From assembly GCF_963921235.1 (NCBI RefSeq), contig NC_086097.1:103232001-103296000 (forward strand): a stretch of DNA of 64,000 nt, read 5' to 3'. Shown piece by piece: positions 52,152 through 64,000 of the stretch. This stretch comes from Mobula hypostoma (Eukaryota). A program made the translations under genes and the position numbers. The notes under the pieces were generated by a model. It was not told where the DNA came from and did no database searches. It worked only from the letters and a program-made list of their open reading frames with translations. The stretch's first letter is position 1; each line of letters begins with the position of its first letter.

Positions 52152-53030
52152 AAAGCAACACACACAAAATTCTGGAGGAACTCAGCAGGTCAGGCATTAT
52201 CTATGGAAGTGAAAAACAGTTGACATTTCAGGCCGAGATCCTTCTTCAGGACTGAGAAGAAAGGGAAAGATGCCAGAATAAAAAGGTAGGGAGAGGAGGA
52301 GGAGGAGGATAGCAAGAAGGTGATAGGTGAAGTCAAGTGGGTGGGATAACTTGAGGGTTGGAGAAGAAAAATCTGATGAGAGAGGAAAGTGGACCATAGG
52401 AGAAAGGAAAGGAGGAGGGGACCCAGGAATCTACCAGTAGGAGAAATCAATACTCATGCCAACAGGCTGGTGGGTACCCAGACATAATATAAGGTGTTGC
52501 TCCTCCACCCTGAGGGTGCCCTCATCGTAGTACAAGAGGAGGCCACAGCAGGAGCACTGGACATGATAGACAACCACAAAAGATTGACAGGTGAAGTGTT
52601 GTCTCACCTGGAAGGTGCCCTGAATGGAGGTGAAGAAAGAGGTGTATCGAGAGGTGTAGCACTTAGGCTGTTTGTAGGGAAAAATGCCTGGAGTGGGAAG
52701 AGACAGATGGACAAAGGAATCACAGATCCCTGCGGAAAGCGGAAGGAAGGTAAAGGTAGGTTTGGTGGTGGTTCCTTTGGAGATGGTGGAAGTTGCAGAA
52801 GATGATGGAGGTTAGGTAAGGGCAAGAGGGATCTCTATCACTATTAAGACGGCAGGAAGGTGGGGTGAATACGAATATTTAGGGAATGGAGGAAATGTGG
52901 GTGAGGGCAAAATCTTTGATGTCTTGAATGGAAAACTGCATCCTGGGAACAAATGTGGCGGAGGCGAGGAAACTGAGAAAAGGAACTAGCATTTTTACAG
53001 CAGATAGTGTGGGACAAGGCATAGTCAAGG
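52152..53030 (-). mobile_element. Older Penelope-like fragment
   Basis: Same terminal repeat as the other copies, with a CpG-decayed hammerhead motif at 52217-52254. Confidence 0.75.
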
Positions 53031-54499
53031 TAACTGTAAAACCTCTATCCTTTGTCCTCAGCTATGTATAGTCAGTAAACCTGGATATGTTATACTTGGG
53101 CCTCTCATCCAAATATTTGATATAACTTGTACTAAGCAGGATTTTAGCACAGTCCCTCTAGTATCTCACGGTTCAGATCCTCTTAACCTGAAAATGGCCA
53201 TTTTATTCCAACTGTGGTGGAATCTAGTAATTTATCATACCACAGTACTAGATGTTAGTTTGATAATCTCTTGTGTAGCACCTTTATGAAGTTGTTCTGA
53301 AAATCCAAATACACCACACCATTGATTTGTCTTTTCCTGTTCTGTTAATTACAACCTCAATAAAAGTAACTTCTGCTCAATATAATTTTCAATTCATAAA
53401 TGTATATTGACCCTGCTCATACTATTTTCTATGTAGGATTTCTCCAACCAATTTGCAGTTCCTTTTCTTTTGGTTGCATCCTCTTTAAAAAAAAAGTGTG
53501 TTATGCCTGCTGCCTTCCAATGTATGAGACCTAATTTAGAATGTGGAATTTTGTAAAACACCTATTATTTCTGAATCAACCTCTTTCACAGCTTTAACAT
53601 GCAGATGATCAGGTCATGGGCATTCATTGACCCTCAAATCCATTACTTCTAAATCTGATTATTTATAAATGCTTATATCTTCGAGCTCCTCATTCAACTT
53701 AGATTTGTAGTTATAAACCCAGCTTTTTTGCATAATTTTCTATTGTGATCACTGCTTCTTAAATCAAATACATCATTCTCATTATGCAACATGATCTAAA
53801 ATAGCCTCTTCCCTCATTCTCCACTCTTACTGGTAATTTACTTCGTCTAATCTAGATATAGATTGAAGAACCCTATAAATATTCTATTACCTTTGTTACA
53901 TGCACCTCTAATTTTTAAATTCATACTCTATCCTGGACTACCAGTACTGTTTGATGGGCCAGCCAACAATTCTCACCCATGCATTCTGTCTTGTGCTGAT
54001 TCTACATGTTGAACTGGAATCTGAAATTGGTCCTATGGACTGTCATTATCTTTTTTAATATTATCAAGCTTACCAAGCTTCCTTTTCCAATTTTTTAAAG
54101 TGTCATAGAACATTTAATTCTCAAGCTTGGAGACTACAACTACATTTTTATAATGGCTATTAGATTGTAAATATTAATTTCCATTTATGCTATTACGAAA
54201 TCTGTCCTTTTCCCTACCCCAACTTCAAAGGTCCCCCATTTCACAGCAGTCAATTAGTTCATCCTTTGGCAGACCGTCCTCATCCAGGTAGGCTCAAGGA
54301 CACAAACGAGGGCTGAGGCTCCTCCAATGCCACCTTCAGAATCCCTGGACTTGCAGCTCACTAGAGCAATTCCACAAATTTAGTCTAAAGCTTGTTCATA
54401 TACCCAGCGTCAGAATTTTTCTGCTTTTTTTTTCTACCAGAGATCTAAAAGTGAAATGATTGATTAACTTGACAAGTTTGTGCTACCTTTTCTGTTATA

Positions 54500-55640
54500 G
54501 AGACAGCACCAAAGCAGGTCATATGTTCCATCCGTACATGCTGAACCTCTGCTTAGTTCCATTGACCCGCACCTGGAATAGACCCATCCACACCCCTTTC
54601 ATCCATGTACTTAACCAAATTTTTCTTACATGTTGAAATTGAACCCATATCCACCACTTCCACTGGCAGCTCATTCTGCACTTTTCACCATTCTCTGAGT
54701 AAAGATGGTTTCCTTAGCCCTTCAGCCTCCCCTTAAATATTTAACCTTTCACCCTTAGTCTATGACCTCTAGTTCTCGACTCACCCAACCTCAGTGGAAA
54801 AAGCCTGTTTGTATTTTCCCCATCTCTTGCAAGACCATGGATCTATGCCTGGAAAGTCTTCACTCTCCAGGGCGCAGGCCTGGGCAAGTTTGTATGGAAG
54901 ACCGGCAGTTGCCCATGCTGCAATTCCCTCCTCTCCATGACACTGATGTTGTCCAAGGGAAGGGCAAGGGCCAATACAGCCTTGCTCAAGGACACAACAT
55001 GCAGCCTCAGCTGGGACTCGAACTCACGACCTTCAGATCGCTAGTCGAATGCCTTAACCACTTGGCCATGTGCCCACTTTCCCTATCTATATCCCTCATA
55101 ATTTTGTGTACCTCTATCAAGTATCCCCTCATTCTTTTAAGCTCCACAGAATAAAGTCCTAACCGATTCAACCTTATAACTCGGGTCCTAAAGCTTGGCA
55201 ACATCCTTGTATATCTTCTCTGTAATCTTTCAATCTTACTGATATTTCTTCAACATTATCACAGTACTCCAAATAAGACCTCACCAATGTCTTGTACAGC
55301 TATAACATAACATCCCAACTCATAGACTCAATATTTTGATTTATGAAAGCCAATGTACCAAAAGCTCTCTTTATGAAACTTTCTACCTGTTTCTGCTACT
55401 TTAAAGGAATTATGGATCTATATTCCAAGATCTCTGTGTTCTACCACACTCCTCAGTGCCCTGCTGTTCACTGTGCAAGTCGTACCCTGGTTGTCCTTTC
55501 AAAGTGCAACACCTGACACTTTTCTGCATTTAATTCCATCCACCATTTTCAGCCTATTTCTCCAGTTGATCCAGATCCTGTTGCAAGCTTTGATATCCTT
55601 CCTTGCTGTCCACTACACCCCCAATCTTGATGTCATGAGA
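54500..55640 (-). mobile_element. CR1 3' fragment (hosts a SINE)
   Basis: LNRLGLYSVELKRMRGYLIEVHKIMR on the minus strand. Confidence 0.75.
54826..55077 (-). mobile_element. tRNA-derived SINE
   Basis: Minus-strand A box TGGCCAAGTGG and B box GTTCGAGTC. TSD TTTCCCCATCT (54815-54825) / TTTCCCTATCT (55078-55088). Confidence 0.85.
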
Positions 55641-55649
55641 TCCAATCTT

Positions 55650-57415
55650 GAATCTCGCCCCAGTCTAAGAGGATATCTTATCAGGCCCTGTGCGAATGGA
55701 ATACTGTTAGAGTGGAGAGCCTGAGGCTTTGGTTCAAGAGACTAAGGCAAGTTTCTGGTAAGTTAGTTTCTTTCCATCTCTCCTCATTGCACAATTACAA
55801 CAATGTGAATTCCAGGGAGGACAGTCGAAAGCTCCTCTTGTGGGATGTGGGAAGACTGGTGACTACACTTGCAGCTGCAGCTTTTTATAGGCCACATTAT
55901 GGAATCAGAACTGGATGAATTCTAGATTGCTCTGGAGGCTGAGGGGTTGATTGACAAGAGATCGTTACATCTAAGATACACAGCACAGGTAACTGGGTGA
56001 CAGGAGAGAGAAAAGGGAAAGGCGATAGGCAGCTAGTGCAGAGTACATGGTGGGAATAATGTTCTGAGTTACCTCTATTTCAATGCAAGGAGTGTTATAG
56101 GTAAGGTGGGTGATCTCAGAGTATAGATCAACATGTGGAATTATGACATTGTAGCCATTAGTGAAACTTTGTTGCAGAAAGGAGAGGACTGGCAGCTCAA
56201 TGCACTCCTGCAATCGTTGCTTTAGATGTGATAGAGGGGGAGGTATTAAAAGGTGAAAAGGCAGCAGTAGTAGTCAGGGAAACTGTTCAGACAGAACAGA
56301 CTGTAGAGTTTGTCTACTGAGGCTATAATGGTGGAGGAAGAAAGGGATAATCCCATAGATGAAAAATCTGCAGATGCTGAAAATCCAAGCAACATACACG
56401 AAATGCTGGAGGAACTCAGCAGGTCAGGCAGCATCTATGGAAAAGAATAAACAGTTGATGTTTTTGTCTGAGGCCCTCTGCCTGACGTGCTGAGTTCCTC
56501 CAACATTTTGTGTGTGTTGCTTGGATAGTCATATTAATAGGATTATATTATAGACTACCCAGTAGTCAGTAGGATTTAGAGGAGCAAATCTCTAGAGAGA
56601 TTAGCAGATAGTTGCAAGAAAAATAGGGATGTGGTGATAGGTGGTTTTAACTTTCCACATATTGACTGGGATTCTCATATTGCAAAAGAACTGGATGGAT
56701 CTCCTATTAGAAAGATAGATACTTTATTGATCCCAAAAGAAATTACAGAACAACTCAGGGCATGTGACATGTGTGTGTGTGTAGGAGAACACTTTGGATC
56801 AAGTGATAATAATTCCATTAGCTTCAAGATGATTATGGAGAAGGCAAATCTGGTACTCGAGTTGAATTTACAAATTGGAGGAAGGCCAATTTTGATGGCA
56901 TCAGAAAGGATCTGGCAATTGTGAATAGGGATAATTTATTTTTTCTTGTGAAGGTAAGTGGGAGACATTTAAAAATGATATTTTGAGAGTACAGAGTAAG
57001 TATGTTCCTGTCAGAATAAAAGGCAAGGATAACCAGTTTAGGGGACCTTGGTTTTTGAAGAATATTGCAATCCTGGTTTAAGCAGAAGGAAGAAGTGCAT
57101 AGTAGGTTTAGGTGGCAAGGAACAAATGAGATGCTTGAGAAGTATAATAATTGCAAGAGAGCACTTGTGGGGGAAATCTGAAAAAGGATAGGGGACAAAA
57201 TTGGTCCACTTGAACATCATTGTGGTCATCTATACATGGAACCAAAAGGGATGGAGGAGATCTTAAATGGGTTTTTCCCATCTTTATTGACTTGAGAGAC
57301 AGGCATGGAGTCTATTGAACTGAGGAAACACAGCAGTGGGTTCATGAGCTTTATAGGGAATTACAGAGGAGGAGGTGCTTACTGTCTTGATGCAAATTAG
57401 GATATATAAATCCCC
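55650..57415 (+). mobile_element. Decayed CR1 5'/endonuclease fragments, with a small Penelope-derived palindrome at about 56360-56527
   Basis: VIGGFNFPHIDW, VGEHFGSSDNNSISF. Confidence 0.65.
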
Positions 57416-57797
57416 AACAAATCTAAGAAAAAAATCCCATGTAATGATTTTGATGAGCTATGATATGAACATATTTGATGGTGGTGACTCATTGATGGTA
57501 ATCATTGAATCTCAATGATGTCAATACATATATGTTATTAGAGATGATCAATGTCTGGTACATTAGTGGCATGAATATTTATTCAGTCATTGAGTTATAC
57601 AGCATAGAAACAGGCCCTTTGGCCTGACTGGTCTATGCTGACCAAGATGTGTCCCTGAGCTAGTCCCATTTGCATTGGACAACATAATCCAATGCCTGCC
57701 TGTATTGTTTAGAATGCAACCAAGCATTTCTTTCTTTATTTGAATATTATGGAATCATTGGGAAACATCCCCACTTCTGATACACACAAATGCAAAT

Positions 57798-58230
57798 AAG
57801 GCAGCATCTACACAGAGAAATGAACAGTTGATGTTTTGGGTTGAGATTCTTCATCAGGACTGGAAAAGAAGTGGGTAGAAGCCAAAATAAGAAGTTGGGG
57901 TGTGGGGTGGAGTACAAGCTGGCAGGTGATAGGTGAAACCAGGTGAAGGGGAGGGGGGACTGAAAGGGAATGAAGTGAGAAGTTGGGAGGAGACAGGTGG
58001 ACAAGGTTGAAGGCTGAAGATGGAGGAATCTGATGGGAGAGGTTAGTAGACCATGGAATAAGGATGAAGAGGTGACTGGCAAGTCATGAGGGCAGGAGAA
58101 GAAAGCTAAGTGATGAGAAAGCTTTGAGAATGAGGGAAAATAAAGGAGGGTGGAGGAACAGGGAAATAGTTACTGGAAGTTAAATAGATTGATGTTCATG
58201 CCTTCAGTTTGGAGGTGACCAAGATGGACA
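57798..58230 (-). mobile_element. Penelope-like terminal repeat fragment
   Basis: Diverged copy of the same terminal repeat. Confidence 0.65.
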
Positions 58231-58573
58231 ATTCTGCCCTACCTCTGACCTAATGATAGAAATCAGTTGCAGTGTTCATGACAGAACTGCTTAAGTGAGA
58301 GAATGACTGGTGTGTTGTCTGATGCATAGCTTCTGCCGCGTTCATTGCACTTGGTGATTTTTGATCTCACATGGAGTGAATCAAACTGGCCAAACGTTAG
58401 CTGCAGGAGGAAGCAGTGGTGGATTACACTCTTGGCCTTTCTGGCTGCACGCTGCCACATATCCTTTAGCTTTTCTTTAATGTCAACCCCAGTCATTACC
58501 ATGGATATACTTGAAGCTTCCTGTTCCATTTGTTTGTTCGTTGTCCCCCATCAATCACAACTAGATATGGAAG

Positions 58574-59285
58574 TCCAATATGTCCAGTGCTCCTGGTGTA
58601 GCCTTCCTTCTGTATATTGGTGAGACCCAACGCAGACTGGGAGACCGTTTTGCTGAACACCTACGCTCTGTCTGCCAGAGGAAGCAGGATCTCCCAGTGG
58701 CCCACATCTTAATTCCACATCCCATTCCCATTCTGATATGTCAATCCATGGCCTCCTCTACTGTTGAGATAAAACCACACTCACATGGGAGGAACAACAC
58801 CTTATATTCTGTCTGGGTAGCCTCCAACCTGATGGCATGAACATTGATTTCTCTAACTTCTGCTAATTCCCCTCCTCCCCTCCTTACCCCATCCCCTATT
58901 TTATTTATTTATTTTATTCCCCCCCCCCTTTTTTTCCTCTCTCTCTTTCCCTCACAATCACTCCTTGCCTGCTCTCCATCTTCCTCTGGTGTTCCTCTGC
59001 CCCTTTCTTTCTCCCATGTCTCCTGCTTTGTTTCCCTTTAGCCAATTAACTTCCCAGCTCTTAGCTCTATCCCTCCCCCTCCTGTCTTCTATCATTTCAG
59101 ATCTCCCCTTCCCCCTCCCTCTTTCAAATCTCTTACTATTTCTTCTTTCAGTTAGTCCTGACGAAGGGTCTCGGTCCGAAACGTCGACTGTACCTCTTCC
59201 TATAGATGCTGCCTGGCCTGCTGTGTTCTACCAGCATTTTGTGTGTGTTGCTTGAATTTCCAGCATCTGCAGATTTTCTCGTGGT
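58574..59285 (+). mobile_element. Penelope-like 3' fragment
   Basis: LYIGETQRRLGDRFAEHLRSV (GIY-YIG). 12-bp TSD TAGATATGGAAG at 58562-58573 and 59286-59297. Confidence 0.88.
59154..59189 (+). ncRNA. Minimal hammerhead ribozyme motif
   Basis: AGTC-CTGACGA-A-GGGTC-TC-GGTCC-GAAAC-GTC-GACT. Confidence 0.7.
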
Positions 59286-60077
59286 TAGATATGGAAGGAC
59301 TGCAGAACTTTGACCTTTCCATTGGCAATGTGATCACTTAGCTCTGTCACATGCTGTTTATTACGTGTACAGAATAGTTGTGTGTTGTAGGTCTACCGGG
59401 TTGACATGTGCTCTCAGCATGCCCTTCTGCTTTCAGTGAACCAGCTTTGTAATGCAAAATGACCATGACATCTAGGGACAGGAGAAAGCCATTCATCCCC
59501 TTGAGTCTGTCTACCATTCCATGGGATCTTGGCTGTCACTGAAAATCTGAAAAGAAAACAGAAAAGATAGTTGTTTTCAAGTTTCTAGATTGATTAATGT
59601 CGTTAATGTCAAGTGTAAAGGAGAATGAAATAATTGTTATTCCAGATCCAATGTAGCACAAAAAACACAGTAAGGTAAAGAATACAATAATAAAAATACA
59701 ATAAATATAATACAGAAGATAGATTAAATACATAGATTGTATGTCTACTGGAGTGTTTGTAGATAAGGTGACTGACAGGAAATGATAAAGTAGTGGTGGT
59801 GGAGAGGGGTGGGTTAGTGGACTGAAGTATTAATCAACCTTATTGCATGGGGAAAGTACTATTTTTGAGTTTGTTTGGCTTGGCGTGGATGCTACGTAGC
59901 CTTGTCTTTGATGGGAGTAGGAGGATGGATATGCATAGTTCAGCTCTCTTTCGCCTCATCAGAAAGAAAAGGTATTGGTAAGCTCTTCTGACTGTATAGA
60001 ATGTGTTCTGGGATCCTGTGAGTTTGTGTGAGATGTGCACTCCCTGTGCTACACGTGAGGCTGCTTACCAAGTAAAG

Positions 60078-60393
60078 GCATCCGTTAGTCTTGCGAGACC
60101 ATGGATCTGCGCCTGGAAATCTTCACTCTCCAGGGCACAGGTCTGGGCAAGGTTGTATGGAAGACCAGCTGTTGCCCATGCTGCAAGTCTCCCCTCTCCA
60201 CGACACCAATGTTGTCCAAGGGAAGGGCATTAGGACCCATACAGCTTGGCACCAGTGTCATCGCAGAGCAATGTGTGATTAAGTGCTCAAGGACTTGCTC
60301 AAGGACTCAACATGTTCCCTCGGCTGGGGCTTGAACTCATGACCTTCAGGTCGCTAGCCCAATGCCTTAACCACTTGGCCACATGCCCACACA
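60078..60393 (-). mobile_element. tRNA-derived SINE, second copy
   Basis: Same head and body as 54826-55077. Perfect 11-bp TSD ACCAAGTAAAG at 60067-60077 and 60394-60404. Confidence 0.88.
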
Positions 60394-60604
60394 ACCAAGT
60401 AAAGTGCCCATGGTATTACAGGAAAGTTACTAACATGGTTAGAGCATTGGTTGATTGGTAAGAGCAGCGAGTGGGAATATTATCTGGTTGGCTGCCAGTG
60501 ACTAGTGGTGTTTCCCAGGGGTTGGTGTTGGGAGTGCTTCTTTTTATGCTGTGTATAAATGATTTACAATGTAGATGTTGGAAGTCTAAAGCAATACCCA
60601 CAAA

Positions 60605-61342
60605 ATAGTCATAGTCATATTTTATTGATCCCAGGGGAAATTGGTTTTTGTTACAGTTGCACCATAAATAATTAAATAGTAATAAATCCATAAATAGTTA
60701 AATAGTTATATGTAAATTATGCCAGGAAATAAGTCCAGGACCAGCCTATTGGCTCAGGGTGTCTGACCCCCCCCCCCCCGCCACCAAAGGAGGAGTTGTA
60801 AAGTTTGATGGCCACAGGCAGGAATGACTTCATATGACGCTCTGTGTTGCATCTCAGTGGAATGAGTCTCTGGCTGAATGTACTCCTGTGCCCAACCAGT
60901 ACATTATGTAGTGGATGGGAGACATTGTCCAAGATGGCATGCAACTTGGACAGCATCCTCTTTTCAGACACCACCGTCAGAGAGTCCAGTTCCCTCCCCA
61001 CAACATCACTGGCCTTACGTATGAGTTTGTTGATTCTGCTTGGTGTCTGCCACCCTCAGCCTGCTGCCCCAGCACACAAGAGCAAACATGACCACCACAG
61101 ACTCGTAGAACATCCTCAGCATCGTCCGGCAGATGTTAAAGGACCTCAGTCTCCTCAGTAAATAGAGATGGCTCTGACCCTTCTTGTCGACAGCCTCAGT
61201 GTTCTTTGACCAGTCCGGTTTATTGTCAATTCGTATCCCCAGGTAGTTGTAATCCTCCACCATGTCCACACTGACCCCCTGGATGGAAACAGGGGTCGCC
61301 AGTACCTTAGCTCTCCTCAAGTCTACCACCAGCTCCTTAGTC
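60605..61342 (-). mobile_element. Rex1/Babar-like LINE 3' fragment
   Basis: TKELVVDLRR, YLGIRIDNK, KKGQSHLYLLRRLRSFN, SFLPVAIKLYN, with a (ATGACT)n-type tail. Confidence 0.8.
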
Positions 61343-61404
61343 TGGAGCTGGAGGTAGACCTGAGGAGAGTTAAGGTACTGAAATACTGGAGGAACAGGAA
61401 AATA

Positions 61405-62345
61405 CAGGCCATGCAGCATCTATGGAAAAGAGTAAACAGTTGACATTTCGGGCTAAGACCCTTCTTCAGGACAAGAAAGGAAAATGAGAAGTCAGAGTAA
61501 GAAGATGGGGGGAGGAAGAAGTACAAGGTAGCAGATGATAGGTAAACTGGGAGTGGGGGAGGGGTGAAGAAGAGAACTGGGCAGTTAATTGGAGGAAGAG
61601 ATAAAGGACTGGAGAAGGTAATCTGATGAGAGAGGACAGAAGATCATGGAAGATAAGGGAGAGGTGATGGGCAGGTAAGATGGTAAAGTGAGAGAGGGAA
61701 ATAGGAGTGGGGATCGGGCAATTACTGTAAGTTCAAGAAATAGATGTCCATGCTGTTAGGTTGGAGGCTACCCAGATGGATATAAGGTTTTGCTCCTTCA
61801 ACCTGAGTGTGGCCTCATTGTGACAGTAGAGTAGGCCATGGACTGACATGTTGGAATGGAAAGTAGAATTGAAATTGGTGGCCACTGGGTGATTCTGCTT
61901 TTTGTGGTGGTTGGACCGAAGTTGCTTGATGAAGCGGTCTCCCAATCTCTGTCAGGTCTGATATATAGGAGGCCACACTCAGAGCACTAAAAATCAGGAC
62001 ATCCTGGTAGCCACCCATTTCAAATCTACTTCCCATTCCGACATCTCAGTCCACTGCCATGAGGCCACTCTCAGGTTGGAGCAGCAACACACTATATTCT
62101 TTCTGGATGGCATGAACATTGACTTCTTGAACTTTTGGTAATTGTCCCCTATTCACCATTCCCCATTCATGTTGCCCTCTTTCACCTTATTTCCTCACCC
62201 CCCCCCCGCCCACTTCCTTTATCTGACTTTTCTTGCTTTCCAATTCTGATTAAGGGGCTCGGCTTGAAACGTCGACTGTTTACTCTTTTCCATTGATGCT
62301 GTCTGGCCTTCTGAATTCCTCCTGCATTTCGTGTGTGTTGTTTTT
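61405..62345. mobile_element. Penelope-like fragment with inverted duplicate (minus about 61405-61985, plus about 61995-62345)
   Basis: The terminal repeat and GIY-YIG remnant occur in both orientations. Confidence 0.75.
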
Positions 62346-62559
62346 AATTCAAGAATAGATGGGTTATATTGGATGTAATTACATCGATAGAAATCTGGCT
62401 CGGGATTCATACGATATAAAGAGAAAAACTGTTGTCGTTCACAGATGGGTCAAGACCTAGTGCACATAAAAAGACGAAAATTGGCAAAAGAACTAAACGT
62501 GATATTAAAGAAACTGCTTTTGTTGGGGCCTGGAGTACAGAGGGAGAGGCGAGCTGACG

Positions 62560-62707
62560 GGTTGGAGAGGAGAGAAGAGGTGGAACTAGTTCGCTTGAGA
62601 GGGAGGGAGCCAGTACAACGACGTCACTCGGACGGGGGTGGGCGGAGGGAAAGACGGCGCGGTCACGTGCCAGCCGTCCGGCCGGCCGCGCGCTGCTTGC
62701 GCGGGTG
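62560..62707 (+). promoter_or_regulatory. CDAN1: CDAN1 CpG-rich TATA-less promoter / 5' UTR
   Basis: Local CpG cluster immediately upstream of the ATG, with CRE-like CGACGTCA (62619-62626), GC box GGGCGG (62640-62645) and E-box GTCACGTG (62662-62669). Confidence 0.75.
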
Positions 62708-62782
62708 ATGGCGGCGGTGTTGGAGCTGCTGTTGAGCGGCGAGCTGGCGGCGGCTGAGGCGCTGCTGTGGCTGCAAGTCCAG
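62708..62782 (+). CDS. CDAN1: CDAN1 (codanin-1) coding exon 1
   Basis: ATG in good Kozak context (gtgATGG). MAAVLELLLSGELAAAEALLWLQVQ resembles the codanin-1 N-terminus (MAAVLESLL...). Donor cag|gtaaag, phase 0. Confidence 0.9.
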
Positions 62783-62894
62783 GTAAAGGAGGCAGGTGGC
62801 CTCACGTAGAGACCGCCCTTTACCTTCCTGCCGTCCGGCTGAGTCTGAAAGAGGAGCGGGAGAGAAAAGGGTAGCAGCTGGGCCCCACTTTCCC

Positions 62895-63052
62895 ACTCTC
62901 CTTTCCCTACCACCTAGACTTCACCATCTCCCCCCAGAGTCCCGCTGAGGGGTTTCAGTCCGAAACGTCAACTGTACTTTTATGCTGCCTGACCTGCTGA
63001 GTTCCAGCATTTTGTGTGTGTTTCCGGCATCTGCAGATTTTCTTTTGTTTGT
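62895..63052 (+). mobile_element. Short Penelope terminal-repeat remnant in CDAN1 intron 1
   Basis: CCGAAACGTCAACTG...GCTGCCTGACCTGCTGAGTTCCAGCATTTTGTGTGTG. Confidence 0.65.
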
Positions 63053-63308
63053 GGTTTGATTACCCTACTCTTCTACTGGTTTTATCTCTCGCCCCTAAGC
63101 TTCTCCTCCCCCGACCGTGGTCCCGCCACCCTAAGATACCCATCGACTCCCTCCCTCCTCATCCACCCTCCTTGTCAGATCTCTCCCTACCCCTCGAATA
63201 TACATGTACCTTAGGACATGATTGTGGAATGTGCTTTCAAAAAGGCGCCTTCTTCTTGCCTGTCAGCTTCGACATTTACTGAAACTTTTTTATCTTACAT
63301 TTTAACAG

Positions 63309-63976
63309 GATGGTGAATTGAGTGACAAGCTTTTGGCATATAATTCCCTGAGGAAAAACTTTGTACCCTTTCTTCTAAATTTTTTAAGAGAACAGACAAA
63401 CCAGCTGATACCAAATGGGCCACCTACTCCTGGAAAGACGTCCTCTGTCAAGGGGCAGAAACCGGCTCAGGACCGGGATGAGAGCATTCAGCCAGTAAGG
63501 ATTAGCAATTCGCAGACCTCAAGAGGGACTAAAACACAGTTATTCCCAGACACACCAAATAGTTCCTTTAATTCAAATGCTTCCTTCCAGTCTCCTTTGT
63601 CCAGTGGCTCCTCATTTTTCTCGAAGTCCAGTAGTGATGTGAACGGTGCAATTTCCCCCATTAGTCCTCCTGACCTCAGCAATAGTACCCCATTGCGCTA
63701 TGGAGAGCGACGATTAACTCAAAGAGCCAGCCTTGGGCAATTCATCGTTCAGAGTCCTGAAAACCAGTTTCAGCGACGTGCTAGGAAGAAGAATTTCATA
63801 GCTGCTGGTCGCCAAGGAGCCAAGGACTTGGGAAGAAGCCCAACTGACGAGGATGTTGTGCAGTGGAATGCTAACAAGACGCACGTGGAGACTGTCAGCA
63901 CCCCTTGTCCTGAAGCTCAGCTAAATATACACAACCTGGAAGAGTTTCCACCTGTGGGTGCAACTGCTCTTGGAAG
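63309..63976 (+). CDS. CDAN1: CDAN1 coding exon 2
   Basis: Acceptor tttaacag|GAT in phase 0. LRKNFVPFLLNFLREQ, GPPTPGKT, TQLFP and NLEEFPPVG are codanin-1 signatures. Donor ag|gtaaat at 63976/63977. Confidence 0.93.
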
Positions 63977-64000
63977 GTAAATGTGCTTTAGTATGAATAA

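Noticed and set aside
55005..55077. tRNA-like sequence (also about 60325-60390)
   Set aside because: It is a SINE head: no full cloverleaf acceptor stem, followed by a shared body and flanked by TSDs.
62407..62913. 168-aa minus-strand ORF over CDAN1 exon 1
   Set aside because: Antisense shadow of the GC-rich promoter and exon; no recognisable domain.

Overview
Eukaryotic, transposon-dense vertebrate DNA. The repeat repertoire (CR1, Penelope-like, Rex1/Babar, RTE, Tx1/L1) suggests a cartilaginous fish, probably a ray; this is inference. The + strand carries the 3' part of TTBK2: a probable alternative exon at 4979-5221, a ~35.8 kb intron, a 1439-nt exon at 41052-42490 with two SxIP motifs, a last coding exon at 47723-48200 and a ~3.2 kb TE-free 3' UTR. 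It is followed by the CpG-rich promoter and first two coding exons of CDAN1 (62708-62782, 63309-63976), the same tandem order as in mammals. Introns and the intergenic region are filled with nested TEs: a full-length L1/Tx1-type LINE with a 16-bp TSD, two different RTE-clade LINEs, an IR/DR DD34E Tc1 element, a MER2-like Tigger derivative, a Harbinger fragment, tRNA-derived SINEs and many Penelope-like elements. The most notable signals not shown by the ORF track are minimal hammerhead-ribozyme motifs in the Penelope terminal repeats (four with intact cores, two in a both-strand inverted cassette), the MER2-like element, and the alternative TTBK2 exon flanked by NOVA/RBFOX/QKI-type motifs. Family names come from recognised motifs and memory, not database searches.
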